Below, piece after piece: positions 56,085 to 63,976 of a DNA stretch of 64,000 nucleotides. The stretch comes from a virus. Its lineage: Duplodnaviria; Caudoviricetes. The stretch lies in the IMG/VR virus record IMGVR_UViG_3300022074_005559. One strand, given 5' to 3'. Each line of letters starts with the position of its first letter. Positions within the stretch are counted from its first letter, which is position 1. The notes under the pieces were generated by a model. That model worked only from the letters and a program-made list of their open reading frames with translations, was not told where the DNA came from and did no database searches. The translations under genes and the position numbers were made by a program.

Positions 56085-56867
56085 ATGAAAAAAGTAGTAT
56101 TAGTTACAGGCGGATTTGATCCCTTACATTCAGGACACATTGCATATTTTAAAGCGGCTGCTGAACTAGGCGATGAACTATGGGTTGGCTTAAACAGTGA
56201 TGAATGGTTATCCCGTAAAAAAGGACGCAGTTTTATGCCTATACAAGAACGTGCAAGTATTGTAGAAGCAATGGGCTGTGTTAAGCAAGTTATAACTGGA
56301 TTCAAAGATGATGACGATAGTGCTTGTGATGCTATTCGTTGGGCACTAGAGTTAGGTGCTGAACATGTAGTATTTGCCAATGGCGGCGACCGCGGCGATG
56401 GTAACTGCCCTGAACTAGAAACTTACACAGCGCACGATGATGTATCATTTGTTTGGGGTGTTGGCGGCACAGATAAAAAGAATAGCAGCAGTTGGATTCT
56501 CAAAGAATGGCGAGCACCTAAAGTAGAACGCGAGTGGGGACACTACAGAGAACTATACAGCGGTGATGGGTTTAGTGTCAAGGAACTGGTGATTGCTCCG
56601 CACAGTAGTCTCAGCATGCAGAAACATAAACATCGCAGTGAAACTTGGAATCTAGTAAGTGGCAGTGCATATGTACTAACCAGTACTGGTTCTGATCCAT
56701 TTGACGGCGCAGGACGACAAACGCTAACTCCGCCTAATCCTGTGGACATTCCACGTGGCGTATGGCACCAAGGCGTAAACGACAGCGATGAGCCTGCACA
56801 CATTGTTGAAGTTTGGAAAGGCCCTAGCGAGCAGTTAACCGAAGATGACATTGAGCGTTTTGAATGA
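56085..56867 (+). CDS. Cytidylyltransferase-like (HIGH) domain fused to a cupin (type II mannose-6-P isomerase-like)
   Basis: GGFDPLHSGH, VGLNSD.WL.RKKG, FANGGDR; C-terminal REWGHY, SLSMQKHKHRSETW. Confidence 0.85.
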   Translation: MKKVVLVTGGFDPLHSGHIAYFKAAAELGDELWVGLNSDEWLSRKKGRSFMPIQERASIVEAMGCVKQVITGFKDDDDSACDAIRWALELGAEHVVFANGGDRGDGNCPELETYTAHDDVSFVWGVGGTDKKNSSSWILKEWRAPKVEREWGHYRELYSGDGFSVKELVIAPHSSLSMQKHKHRSETWNLVSGSAYVLTSTGSDPFDGAGRQTLTPPNPVDIPRGVWHQGVNDSDEPAHIVEVWKGPSEQLTEDDIERFE

Positions 56868-57589
56868 AAGAAGTAGCACTGGTATGTGCTGGCGCAAAGT
56901 TTGATCCCGATATTCATGTCCGCCAAATATACCTAAACTTACAAAAGAACTGTAGTGATTTTAGATTAACTGTTTTTACTGACAAAGGCAGAGGTCTAGA
57001 CTTGCCAGGTGTGCGACTTATACAGTTACCAGATTGGAATCTATCACCTAGACAGTTATGGTGGTATAAACTTTACATACACGCACAGCATGAATGGACT
57101 GGACCTGTGCTATACATGGATTTAGACACTGTAATCATCAACAACATAGACAAGTTTTGGGATTATCACCCGGGTGATTTTTGTATTTGCCAAGACTTTA
57201 ATAGACAGTTTATCAGAGACTATGCTGTTAGCAACAGCAGTATTATGCGGTTTGATCCCGGCACTACCTCGGAGATGTATAATAACTTTGTAGGTAATAT
57301 AGAAAAACATCTGCGTCAGTTTCGAGGTGATCAAGACTATGTTACTGATTGGTTTAAGAATCGTCCTGAGAAAACTTGGTGGCCCAAAGAATGGGCAATG
57401 AGTTACAAATGGGAAATAAAACATGGCGGTAGTCGTATAGGTGGAATGGATGTAAAATATCCAGATGATTACTACCATCCGGAACATGATGAAGTCATTC
57501 CGGATAAATGCAGTATTGTAGTATTTCACGGAAAACCTGATCCATATGACACAGATTTTGGTAAAAAAAGGTTGACAGTTCCTATATAG
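56864..57589 (+). CDS. GT-A glycosyltransferase (GT8-related)
   Basis: LWWYKL, LYMDLDTVI, NSSIM, GDQDY, VVFHGKPDP. Confidence 0.8.
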   Translation: MKEVALVCAGAKFDPDIHVRQIYLNLQKNCSDFRLTVFTDKGRGLDLPGVRLIQLPDWNLSPRQLWWYKLYIHAQHEWTGPVLYMDLDTVIINNIDKFWDYHPGDFCICQDFNRQFIRDYAVSNSSIMRFDPGTTSEMYNNFVGNIEKHLRQFRGDQDYVTDWFKNRPEKTWWPKEWAMSYKWEIKHGGSRIGGMDVKYPDDYYHPEHDEVIPDKCSIVVFHGKPDPYDTDFGKKRLTVPI

Positions 57590-57611
57590 GTGCTATTATA
57601 TATGTATAGTT
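57572..57611 (+). promoter_or_regulatory. Early promoter TTGACA-N16-TATTAT...TATAGT
   Basis: TTGACA 57572-57577, TGC-TATTAT 57591-57599; 30 nt identical to the 63916 promoter. Confidence 0.8.
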
Positions 57612-57635
57612 AGAAACAAGAGAGAGAGCGGAACT

Positions 57636-57980
57636 ATGCAACAGCAAATCGAAACACTGATCCAAGATATCAAAGCAGACTATATTAAGTTTGCAGAAGC
57701 TGCTAACCGCGGTCCAATCGCAAAGCAAACAGGTTATTTTGCAGAGCAGGTTGCCAAGTTTGATGATCTTATTACTGTAAAAACAGGTAACAAATACATC
57801 AAGATCGTTAGAGAAGGTAGCGTCTGGGGATTCATCGTTAACACTGATAAAGATAAAAAGTTTCAATATGGTGACATATTGATGGCTGCAGGGTTTAACG
57901 CTCCTGCTCGTAACAAAGCACGTGGTAACATTTTCAAAGGTTACAACATTCAATGGACAGGTCCTAACTACCTGCGCTAA
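57636..57980 (+). CDS. Conserved phage hypothetical early protein
   Basis: KYIKIV..GSVWGFI, GDILMAAG..APARN.ARGNIF. Confidence 0.75.
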   Translation: MQQQIETLIQDIKADYIKFAEAANRGPIAKQTGYFAEQVAKFDDLITVKTGNKYIKIVREGSVWGFIVNTDKDKKFQYGDILMAAGFNAPARNKARGNIFKGYNIQWTGPNYLR

Positions 57981-58017
57981 AACAATCCTCAATATAAAAA
58001 AGCAAAAGGAAGCATTT

Positions 58018-58206
58018 ATGAACAATATCAAAGGTAGAACTGCTGCAGAACAAGCCGCTATTGACGAGTATTTTGCCAATGGCGGTAAGGTTACAATCTG
58101 CCCTGTCAACGAACGTACAGAGGATCTTGTGGTCAATATGTTCAAACGTGGACGAGGGCGTCCTAAGAAAAAAGATGCGGATAAGGGGTTGACATCTACC
58201 GAATAG
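58018..58206 (+). CDS. Small protein with an AT-hook-like tail
   Basis: YFANGGKVTICP; KRGRGRPKK. Confidence 0.7.
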   Translation: MNNIKGRTAAEQAAIDEYFANGGKVTICPVNERTEDLVVNMFKRGRGRPKKKDADKGLTSTE

Positions 58207-58226
58207 ATGTTATTATAAATGTATAG
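58189..58226 (+). promoter_or_regulatory. Early promoter TTGACA-N16-TATTAT...TATAGT
   Basis: TTGACA 58189-58194, TATTAT 58211-58216. Confidence 0.8.
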
Positions 58227-58245
58227 TAAACATTTGGAGAGAGAT

Positions 58246-58524
58246 ATGTTTAAGTTCGAAAACCTCGCAAACATCGGTGATACTATTCGCAGCTATGACT
58301 TCGATCCTAAGATGATGGAAGCAATGGGCGAAACACCCAAGTACATCCAAGGCAAGATCATTGCTAAAGGATGGATCAAGCATCCAGTACATGGCTTCGA
58401 AATGTACAAAGGGTACACTATCCAGATTGAAGAAGATACAGAAGGTCATCGTATTGGCGATGAAGGTTATGTGCCTTTTGAAACAAGTTTTATGGAATAT
58501 GATAACCGTGTGGAGTTGGTATAA
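58246..58524 (+). CDS. Hypothetical early protein
   Basis: SD GGAGAGA; first gene after its promoter. Confidence 0.7.
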   Translation: MFKFENLANIGDTIRSYDFDPKMMEAMGETPKYIQGKIIAKGWIKHPVHGFEMYKGYTIQIEEDTEGHRIGDEGYVPFETSFMEYDNRVELV

Positions 58525-58739
58525 TGAAAGCATATCTCGAGTGCTTGGATCAAGCAGAAGAAAATATCCGTGCAATGTTTAGCACAGTTGAGCGTGAAGT
58601 TGAATGGTGCTTAACAGATGAAACAACGCTAGGTACAGCAAAATCTATTACAAGCAAAATTACTGCTGGGTTAGATGAAGCACTAGCGGCAATCGAAGAA
58701 CAACGTGAAATATGTAAAAGGATAGAAGAATATGTCTAA
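58524..58739 (+). CDS. Hypothetical coiled-coil protein
   Basis: TAATG coupling with the upstream gene. Confidence 0.65.
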   Translation: MKAYLECLDQAEENIRAMFSTVEREVEWCLTDETTLGTAKSITSKITAGLDEALAAIEEQREICKRIEEYV

Positions 58740-59055
58740 AGAACTTTTTGAAGGAACACAGCAAGCAGTAAACCAACTGAGTTTGTTTAGTGTAACTCCT
58801 GAAACGATCCTTGCAGGCAAGTCATACACTTGTACATTCACTGTTCCTTGTATTCCACTAGACGAGTTTGGTCGTCCAGGCGGGATGATGAGTATGGCAG
58901 ACTTGCCCGTTAATCGTGTAGATGATTATACTAGCACAGGCTATATTGTCGCTCGTGACACTGAACAGCGTTTAGTAGAAGTCCAAGACGACAAATCAAA
59001 TCGCAAGTTTGTTGTTGAATATGATAACCTCGAGAATATTGTAGAGGATGTGTAA
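58732..59055 (+). CDS. Hypothetical protein (SH3-like C-terminus possible)
   Basis: Overlapping coupling; GYIVARD..QRLVEVQD. Confidence 0.65.
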   Translation: MSKELFEGTQQAVNQLSLFSVTPETILAGKSYTCTFTVPCIPLDEFGRPGGMMSMADLPVNRVDDYTSTGYIVARDTEQRLVEVQDDKSNRKFVVEYDNLENIVEDV

Positions 59056-59246
59056 TGGAAGTCACAGTTAACAACAGCGGCAACTTAGAACTGTTATTGG
59101 ACAAGTGGGATATTTTTGTAAACCTGTTAGCAATGGGTTTCACTATCGCACTTGTTGTAACTGTGATTGTTGCTAGCATTAAGTTGGGTTGGAAACTTTG
59201 GCCCTATATTTTAGTTGCTGGTGCGCTGGCATTTTTGTTTGTATAA
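59055..59246 (+). CDS. Small membrane protein
   Basis: Two hydrophobic stretches. Confidence 0.65.
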   Translation: MEVTVNNSGNLELLLDKWDIFVNLLAMGFTIALVVTVIVASIKLGWKLWPYILVAGALAFLFV

Positions 59247-59257
59247 AGGAGTATACA

Positions 59258-59443
59258 ATGAGTGAAGGACCTTTTGAAGCTGCGTTTAACATGGATACCA
59301 CAGGTGTTGTTCGCAGAGAAATCGTCACATATCGTTATGTAAATGGAACGATCCGCATGGAAACTGCAACAAGAACCTATACCGGTGACGACTATAACGA
59401 TTCTACGCAATCTATCCCAATGCCGGAGGGTACCAATGGCTGA
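59258..59443 (+). CDS. Hypothetical small protein
   Basis: ATG after AAGGAG. Confidence 0.65.
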   Translation: MSEGPFEAAFNMDTTGVVRREIVTYRYVNGTIRMETATRTYTGDDYNDSTQSIPMPEGTNG

Positions 59444-59627
59444 GCCAGTTGATCCCAGCAAGAAGCACTTTTACATTAGTCTTGTAAAAAGTGGGTTACG
59501 CCTAATAGGCTGTTATTTGCTTTGGAGTGCAGGCTATGTCATGGATGACATTCCAGGCATGTTTGTAATGTACACTGCATATGCACTAGGTGCCGCTGAA
59601 GTATTAGGCATTGTGGAGGAACTGTAA
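59436..59627 (+). CDS. Small membrane protein
   Basis: ATG after GGAGG; hydrophobic; AEVLGIVEEL terminus. Confidence 0.65.
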   Translation: MAEPVDPSKKHFYISLVKSGLRLIGCYLLWSAGYVMDDIPGMFVMYTAYALGAAEVLGIVEEL

Positions 59628-59851
59628 TGGGACCGTTTGATTTAGAAAAACAACTTGCTCGTAAAAAAGCCATAGCAAGTTTATTGTTAAATACTAATCT
59701 CAGCGACGATGCTAGAGTAATCTGGGAATATCACCTTAATAACATTACATTGGATGAAGGTGAATATAATCATCGTGTAAAGCAAATATTTGGAGGAACC
59801 GAATGGAACCGATATACTGGCACACACTCGCCTATATTGTTGGATCAGTAA
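59627..59851 (+). CDS. Hypothetical protein
   Basis: TAATG coupling. Confidence 0.55.
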   Translation: MGPFDLEKQLARKKAIASLLLNTNLSDDARVIWEYHLNNITLDEGEYNHRVKQIFGGTEWNRYTGTHSPILLDQ

Positions 59852-60024
59852 TAGGCTATATCTTTGGTCGTCAAAGCGGACTTACAGTTGGTATTGTGTC
59901 CGCTATTGACAGTTTGATTGACGGCGGATTTGTTAAAACAAAAGAAGACAAAGACGGCGATATTGAACTTATTAAACTAACATGGGAAGAAAGACATGGA
60001 ACTTCCAAATCAGAAACTAGTTAG
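59803..60024 (+). CDS. Small protein with an N-terminal TM helix
   Basis: ATG after GGAGG; hydrophobic N-terminus. Confidence 0.65.
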   Translation: MEPIYWHTLAYIVGSVIGYIFGRQSGLTVGIVSAIDSLIDGGFVKTKEDKDGDIELIKLTWEERHGTSKSETS

Positions 60025-60235
60025 GTTTGGTCCTGACTACGAACTAAGCATTGTTAGAGAAAAAGATCGCAATGATCTTTATGAAATGGCAGTGCTTTTC
60101 AAAGGTACGATTGTAAATATGCCAGGCATCAGTGATGAACATGACGATGTCACACGTTTCAGAACGGCACAAGATGTGCAAAGTGTTATGAAAAAAATGC
60201 ACATGCTTACCGGAAAACTACCAGAAAACAGTTGA
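59996..60235 (+). CDS. Hypothetical protein
   Basis: YELSIV...LYEMAVL...MPGI; in the early operon. Confidence 0.65.
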   Translation: MELPNQKLVRFGPDYELSIVREKDRNDLYEMAVLFKGTIVNMPGISDEHDDVTRFRTAQDVQSVMKKMHMLTGKLPENS

Positions 60236-60268
60236 CATATACCTCTCCTGTGCTATTATAAAGTATAA
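60232..60268 (+). promoter_or_regulatory. Early promoter TTGACA-N16-TATTAT
   Basis: TTGACA 60232-60237 overlaps the upstream TGA stop; TGC-TATTAT 60251-60259. Confidence 0.8.
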
Positions 60269-60289
60269 GTTAAAACAAAGGAGAGACGA

Positions 60290-60499
60290 ATGGGACGAGT
60301 TAAAGCACTTGTAATGGACTTTGAAGATAAGTTTATTGATAATGTCAGTGAAATTATTGGCGGTTGTGAATGTGTTGATGAACTGTTGACAAGTCTTGAA
60401 AAAGACGGTTCGATGGATCTTATTACACACATGACAGACAGTGATAAACTAGATTTTATCGGTGAACTTTGGAACGACTTTTGGCTTGAAAAAGTTTAG
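60290..60499 (+). CDS. Small acidic hypothetical protein
   Basis: SD AAGGAGAG; MGRVKAL start. Confidence 0.7.
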   Translation: MGRVKALVMDFEDKFIDNVSEIIGGCECVDELLTSLEKDGSMDLITHMTDSDKLDFIGELWNDFWLEKV

Positions 60500-60500
60500 G

Positions 60501-60528
60501 TTGACATACACTGTAGATGTGTTATTGT
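60501..60528 (+). promoter_or_regulatory. Early promoter TTGACA-N16-TATTGT
   Basis: TTGACA 60501-60506, TGT-TATTGT 60520-60528. Confidence 0.7.
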
Positions 60529-60560
60529 TAATAGTAAGTTAAATGTTTGGAGAGAAACAA

Positions 60561-60869
60561 ATGAACTATTCACCAGAACTTCAGAATGCATTAGATGCAA
60601 TGCGCAAGATTACTGATACATCAGATATGCATGTATTGGCTCAGCAGTACAACTCACACATTACACTGCTTGGCAAGCGCAACGGTGCTGGCATTATCAA
60701 AGGCGATAAGATTGCTTGGGAGTATGGCGGACTTAAAAAGGTTGGTATTGTAACCAAAGTTAACCGCAAGACCATTGAAGTACAGAACTATGGTAACACA
60801 CCATTTGGTTCAACACGCACACGCTTGGACAAGTCAATGATCCTGGGCAAAGTAACGGATAATGCCTAA
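60561..60869 (+). CDS. Hypothetical protein with an SH3/KOW-like C-terminus
   Basis: KGDKIAW...VGIVTKVNRKTIEV. Confidence 0.7.
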   Translation: MNYSPELQNALDAMRKITDTSDMHVLAQQYNSHITLLGKRNGAGIIKGDKIAWEYGGLKKVGIVTKVNRKTIEVQNYGNTPFGSTRTRLDKSMILGKVTDNA

Positions 60870-61066
60870 TGTTTAGTCACAACAGTGATACAATCAATAC
60901 AAAAGGACATCCATTCGTGGGTGTCCAGTGGCCCATTGTAGGCAGTCGCGGTGATAGTTACAGTGTAGAAATGACCGATTATGGTTTTAGTTGTGACTGC
61001 CCTGCTCGTGTTAAATGTAAACACATTAAAGGTGTTGAAAAAAGGTTAGACGATGTGGATCTTTGA
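60869..61066 (+). CDS. SWIM zinc-finger mini-protein
   Basis: YSVE...FSCDCP..VKCKHI (CxC...CxH). Confidence 0.75.
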   Translation: MFSHNSDTINTKGHPFVGVQWPIVGSRGDSYSVEMTDYGFSCDCPARVKCKHIKGVEKRLDDVDL

Positions 61067-61142
61067 AGAACTATTTAAGTGTGTTGCTATTGCATGGATA
61101 GCAATATTTGCAGTAATGTATTTGGTCAATGTCTTCGCATAA
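61053..61142 (+). CDS. 29-aa hydrophobic peptide
   Basis: MWIFEELFKCVAIAWIAIFAVMYLVNVFA*; overlaps both neighbours. Confidence 0.45.
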   Translation: MWIFEELFKCVAIAWIAIFAVMYLVNVFA

Positions 61143-62151
61143 GTATTGGCCCAATATTGTTAGAGAAGTTTTTCCAGGTGCGGTTGTAGTAGATGCTGCA
61201 CTTGAGTATCCTATTACTGACCATGGCTGGCGTGTAAACCTTCCTACCCCAAAAGACCTAGCATGGGAACTTCCTGATTTTAGACTTGTTTTAAATCTGC
61301 AGGATATGCTTACTCAAAGCAGAGAACACAAGTTTCCCATTGAGTTAAAAAATATACATGATTTTTATAGTGGATTTGATTTTGTAGATATGAACAAAAT
61401 CATTGTGCTTGTGTGGCCCATGGGTTTACAAAAAGACTGGAATATTGCAGACAGTTTTAAGATCGTTGAGTTCAGCAGTCATCAGTATGAAACTTGGTGT
61501 CAATATAAAGATGCTGAAGATGTTCTCCGCGATGCATTTAGTAGGGAACATAAAGACTTTGAATATAACTTTGTTTGCCCACAGCGAATATATAAGCCGC
61601 ATCGTGGTGCACTGCACGGTAGTTTAAACAACAGTATTGGTAATATTAGTTTACAAACCAAAGGTATAGAGCTTGCGTATCCAAGTTTAACAATGCAGGA
61701 ATATGATGATACATATAACAATCTGCTAAACTTGTTGGCTATGAAAAAGAACTACAATACTAGTTTGTTTACTATTATTAGTGAAAGTCAGTATGCAGAA
61801 GAATATGGAATCATTACAGAGAAAACATGGAACGCTATCGTAGCAGGACATCCGTTTTTAATGTGTGCGCACCAGTTTGCACTAGTACAACTGCAAGGGC
61901 TAGGCTTTCATACATACAGCAACATTTTTGATGAGACATATGACGAACTAGATAATATTGTTCGTATGAAAGATATGTTAGACAGCAACTACAGTTTTAC
62001 ACATGAACGTTTGAGTTATACTGAGATGGAAAATATCTACAACGAACTGCAAGGGCTGATTAACTACAACAGAGATTACTTTTTTGATCAGTTTGGTGAC
62101 CAGCTGATTAGTGAACTAAGAATGGACTTGTTGCACCTATGGGGCAAATAG
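61129..62151 (+). CDS. GT10-like (GT-B) putative glycosyltransferase
   Basis: FTIISES...IITEKTWNAIVAGHPFL resembles the GT10 FEN...YITEK...ALxAG.VP motif. Confidence 0.5.
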   Translation: MSSHKYWPNIVREVFPGAVVVDAALEYPITDHGWRVNLPTPKDLAWELPDFRLVLNLQDMLTQSREHKFPIELKNIHDFYSGFDFVDMNKIIVLVWPMGLQKDWNIADSFKIVEFSSHQYETWCQYKDAEDVLRDAFSREHKDFEYNFVCPQRIYKPHRGALHGSLNNSIGNISLQTKGIELAYPSLTMQEYDDTYNNLLNLLAMKKNYNTSLFTIISESQYAEEYGIITEKTWNAIVAGHPFLMCAHQFALVQLQGLGFHTYSNIFDETYDELDNIVRMKDMLDSNYSFTHERLSYTEMENIYNELQGLINYNRDYFFDQFGDQLISELRMDLLHLWGK

Positions 62152-62450
62152 AAAGAAACTTAGACGCATATGCAGCTACGATGTTTGAGCGCAATGTTAA
62201 TATGATGATACCTTACTATCTCATGGCGGCATATGCTTACTATAAAGAAGACGATCCTATATTCAGTGACGCTTTTTTTGATTCATTGGCAAAAACAATA
62301 CTAGAACGTTGGGACGACATAGAACATTTTCACAAGCATCTTCTTACCAAAGAGGATTTAGTAGCAGGTAGTTATTTGGGCGAATACCCAGAGCGCCTTA
62401 AAGGCGGCTTACGCAGGTTGCGAGAAGATACAAGATCGAAGCGAAAGTAA
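62139..62450 (+). CDS. Stand-alone NAD-dependent ligase domain Ia-like protein
   Basis: AYAYYKEDDPIFSDAFFDSL parallels LigA Y.YY..D.P.I.DAEYD.L. Confidence 0.65.
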   Translation: MGQIERNLDAYAATMFERNVNMMIPYYLMAAYAYYKEDDPIFSDAFFDSLAKTILERWDDIEHFHKHLLTKEDLVAGSYLGEYPERLKGGLRRLREDTRSKRK

Positions 62451-62455
62451 AAGTT

Positions 62456-63379
62456 TTGGAATATAATCTAAACAATAAACTGCCGCCTTTAGGGTTAAAA
62501 CAAGTTACAGGAACTAACGAAACCTTGAGAAGTTTGCACGATCCTGTTACAGGCTGGCCCATACGCACATTTAGATTACCTGCGCATATATGGTTGCAGG
62601 ATGAACTAACATTTAAAGATGGTAAACTATTAGAACTTGAAAAATATATAGATCATTATGGAAATGATATTGATCAGGTTACTTTTTATGTGGACCACAA
62701 AAAGAAACTAACAGAGCTTTATCCAAACTTAAATTTTGTTAACTTTCCCCATTTCCTCAATGAACAACGTGCTAGCATAGAACATATCAATGTTCCGGAA
62801 GTTTTTACATTTACTCAAGACAAAGAGTTTGCATTTATGTGTTTAAATATGAACCGTAGAGCTCATAGAGACAAAACTGTAAAACTATTACAAAACATGC
62901 CTAGTAGATTGATTAGTTATAAAGCATTTGGTTGGGATATATTTGAACACGATGACTGGACTATAGAACAATATAATCAAGGTCCTGGATTGACTGGCAA
63001 TAACGTCAATCTAAAACAACTGCAACCAGTATATAATCGTTGTGAGTTCAGCGTTGTAACTGAAACTAGATATGATTTGCCTTATGATTTTATAACAGAA
63101 AAAACAACACAGTGCTTTGTTGCACTGCATCCTGCACTTTATGTAAGTAATCGTGGACATGTTCAGGAACTTAGAAACTGTGGATTTGATGTTTTTGATG
63201 ATGTTTTTGATCACAGTTATGACACAGTAGAAGATGATAAACGAATAGAACATATGATCGAAAGTAACAGATCGGTACTTGAAAAAGGAATACCCAACTA
63301 TGGTGACCTTAAAGATAGACTATTAGATAACAGACGGCATTACTTAGATCCTAACTGCCAAATATATGAGGTATTTTAA
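62456..63379 (+). CDS. Second GT10-like (GT-B) putative glycosyltransferase
   Basis: FSVVTET...FITEKT...ALHP..GFDVFDDVFDHSYD; paralog of 61129. Confidence 0.5.
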   Translation: MEYNLNNKLPPLGLKQVTGTNETLRSLHDPVTGWPIRTFRLPAHIWLQDELTFKDGKLLELEKYIDHYGNDIDQVTFYVDHKKKLTELYPNLNFVNFPHFLNEQRASIEHINVPEVFTFTQDKEFAFMCLNMNRRAHRDKTVKLLQNMPSRLISYKAFGWDIFEHDDWTIEQYNQGPGLTGNNVNLKQLQPVYNRCEFSVVTETRYDLPYDFITEKTTQCFVALHPALYVSNRGHVQELRNCGFDVFDDVFDHSYDTVEDDKRIEHMIESNRSVLEKGIPNYGDLKDRLLDNRRHYLDPNCQIYEVF

Positions 63380-63919
63380 ATGGCTATACACGCAATGATT
63401 GATTTAGAAACACTGGATACAGGTGTTGACAGTGTAATCTTAACCTGTGGTGCTATTAAGTTTGATCCACTTAGCGATAGTGATCCATATGCAGAGATGT
63501 ATCATCGTATTGATGTAGATGAACAAACTGCACTTGGGCGTACAGTAGACGAAGGTACTATTGCTTGGTGGGGAACACAACCCGAGGAGATATGGCAAGA
63601 AGCACTAGGTGATGAAGATCGTGTCAGTATAGACGACTTTATCCGTGACTTGCAACGCTGGGTAGTTGGCGTAGATGTTATTTGGGCTCAAGGCTATGGC
63701 TTTGATATTACTATACTTGAAACATTGCTTAAAAGCAAAGGACATAACAAACCTTGGAACTTTTGGAATCTGCGTGATAGTAGAACACTGTTTCAACTTA
63801 TGCCCAAAGATCCTCGCAAAGCAATGAACTTTGCCGCACACAATGCACTAGAAGATTGCAGAGCACAAGCACAATGCGTTCAGTATTGTTTTAGAGAATT
63901 AGGCATCGAAAAAGGTTGA
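63380..63919 (+). CDS. DEDD 3'-5' exoribonuclease (DUF5051/RNase AS-like)
   Basis: MIDLETL, GAIKFDP, WAQG..FD..IL, RDSRTL, HNALED. Confidence 0.85.
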   Translation: MAIHAMIDLETLDTGVDSVILTCGAIKFDPLSDSDPYAEMYHRIDVDEQTALGRTVDEGTIAWWGTQPEEIWQEALGDEDRVSIDDFIRDLQRWVVGVDVIWAQGYGFDITILETLLKSKGHNKPWNFWNLRDSRTLFQLMPKDPRKAMNFAAHNALEDCRAQAQCVQYCFRELGIEKG

Positions 63920-63955
63920 CAAACACTATATAGGTGCTATTATATATGTATAGTT
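63916..63955 (+). promoter_or_regulatory. Early promoter TTGACA-N16-TATTAT...TATAGT
   Basis: The -35 box overlaps the TGA stop; 63926-63955 is identical to 57582-57611. Confidence 0.8.
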
Positions 63956-63976
63956 TGTTTTTGAGGAGAGATTGAA

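Noticed and set aside
44007-57589. Island as captured bacterial capsule or LPS locus (host contamination)
   Set aside because: No transporters, flippase or polymerase. It has the same base composition, overlapping gene coupling and a phage late promoter, and is continuous with phage genes on both sides.
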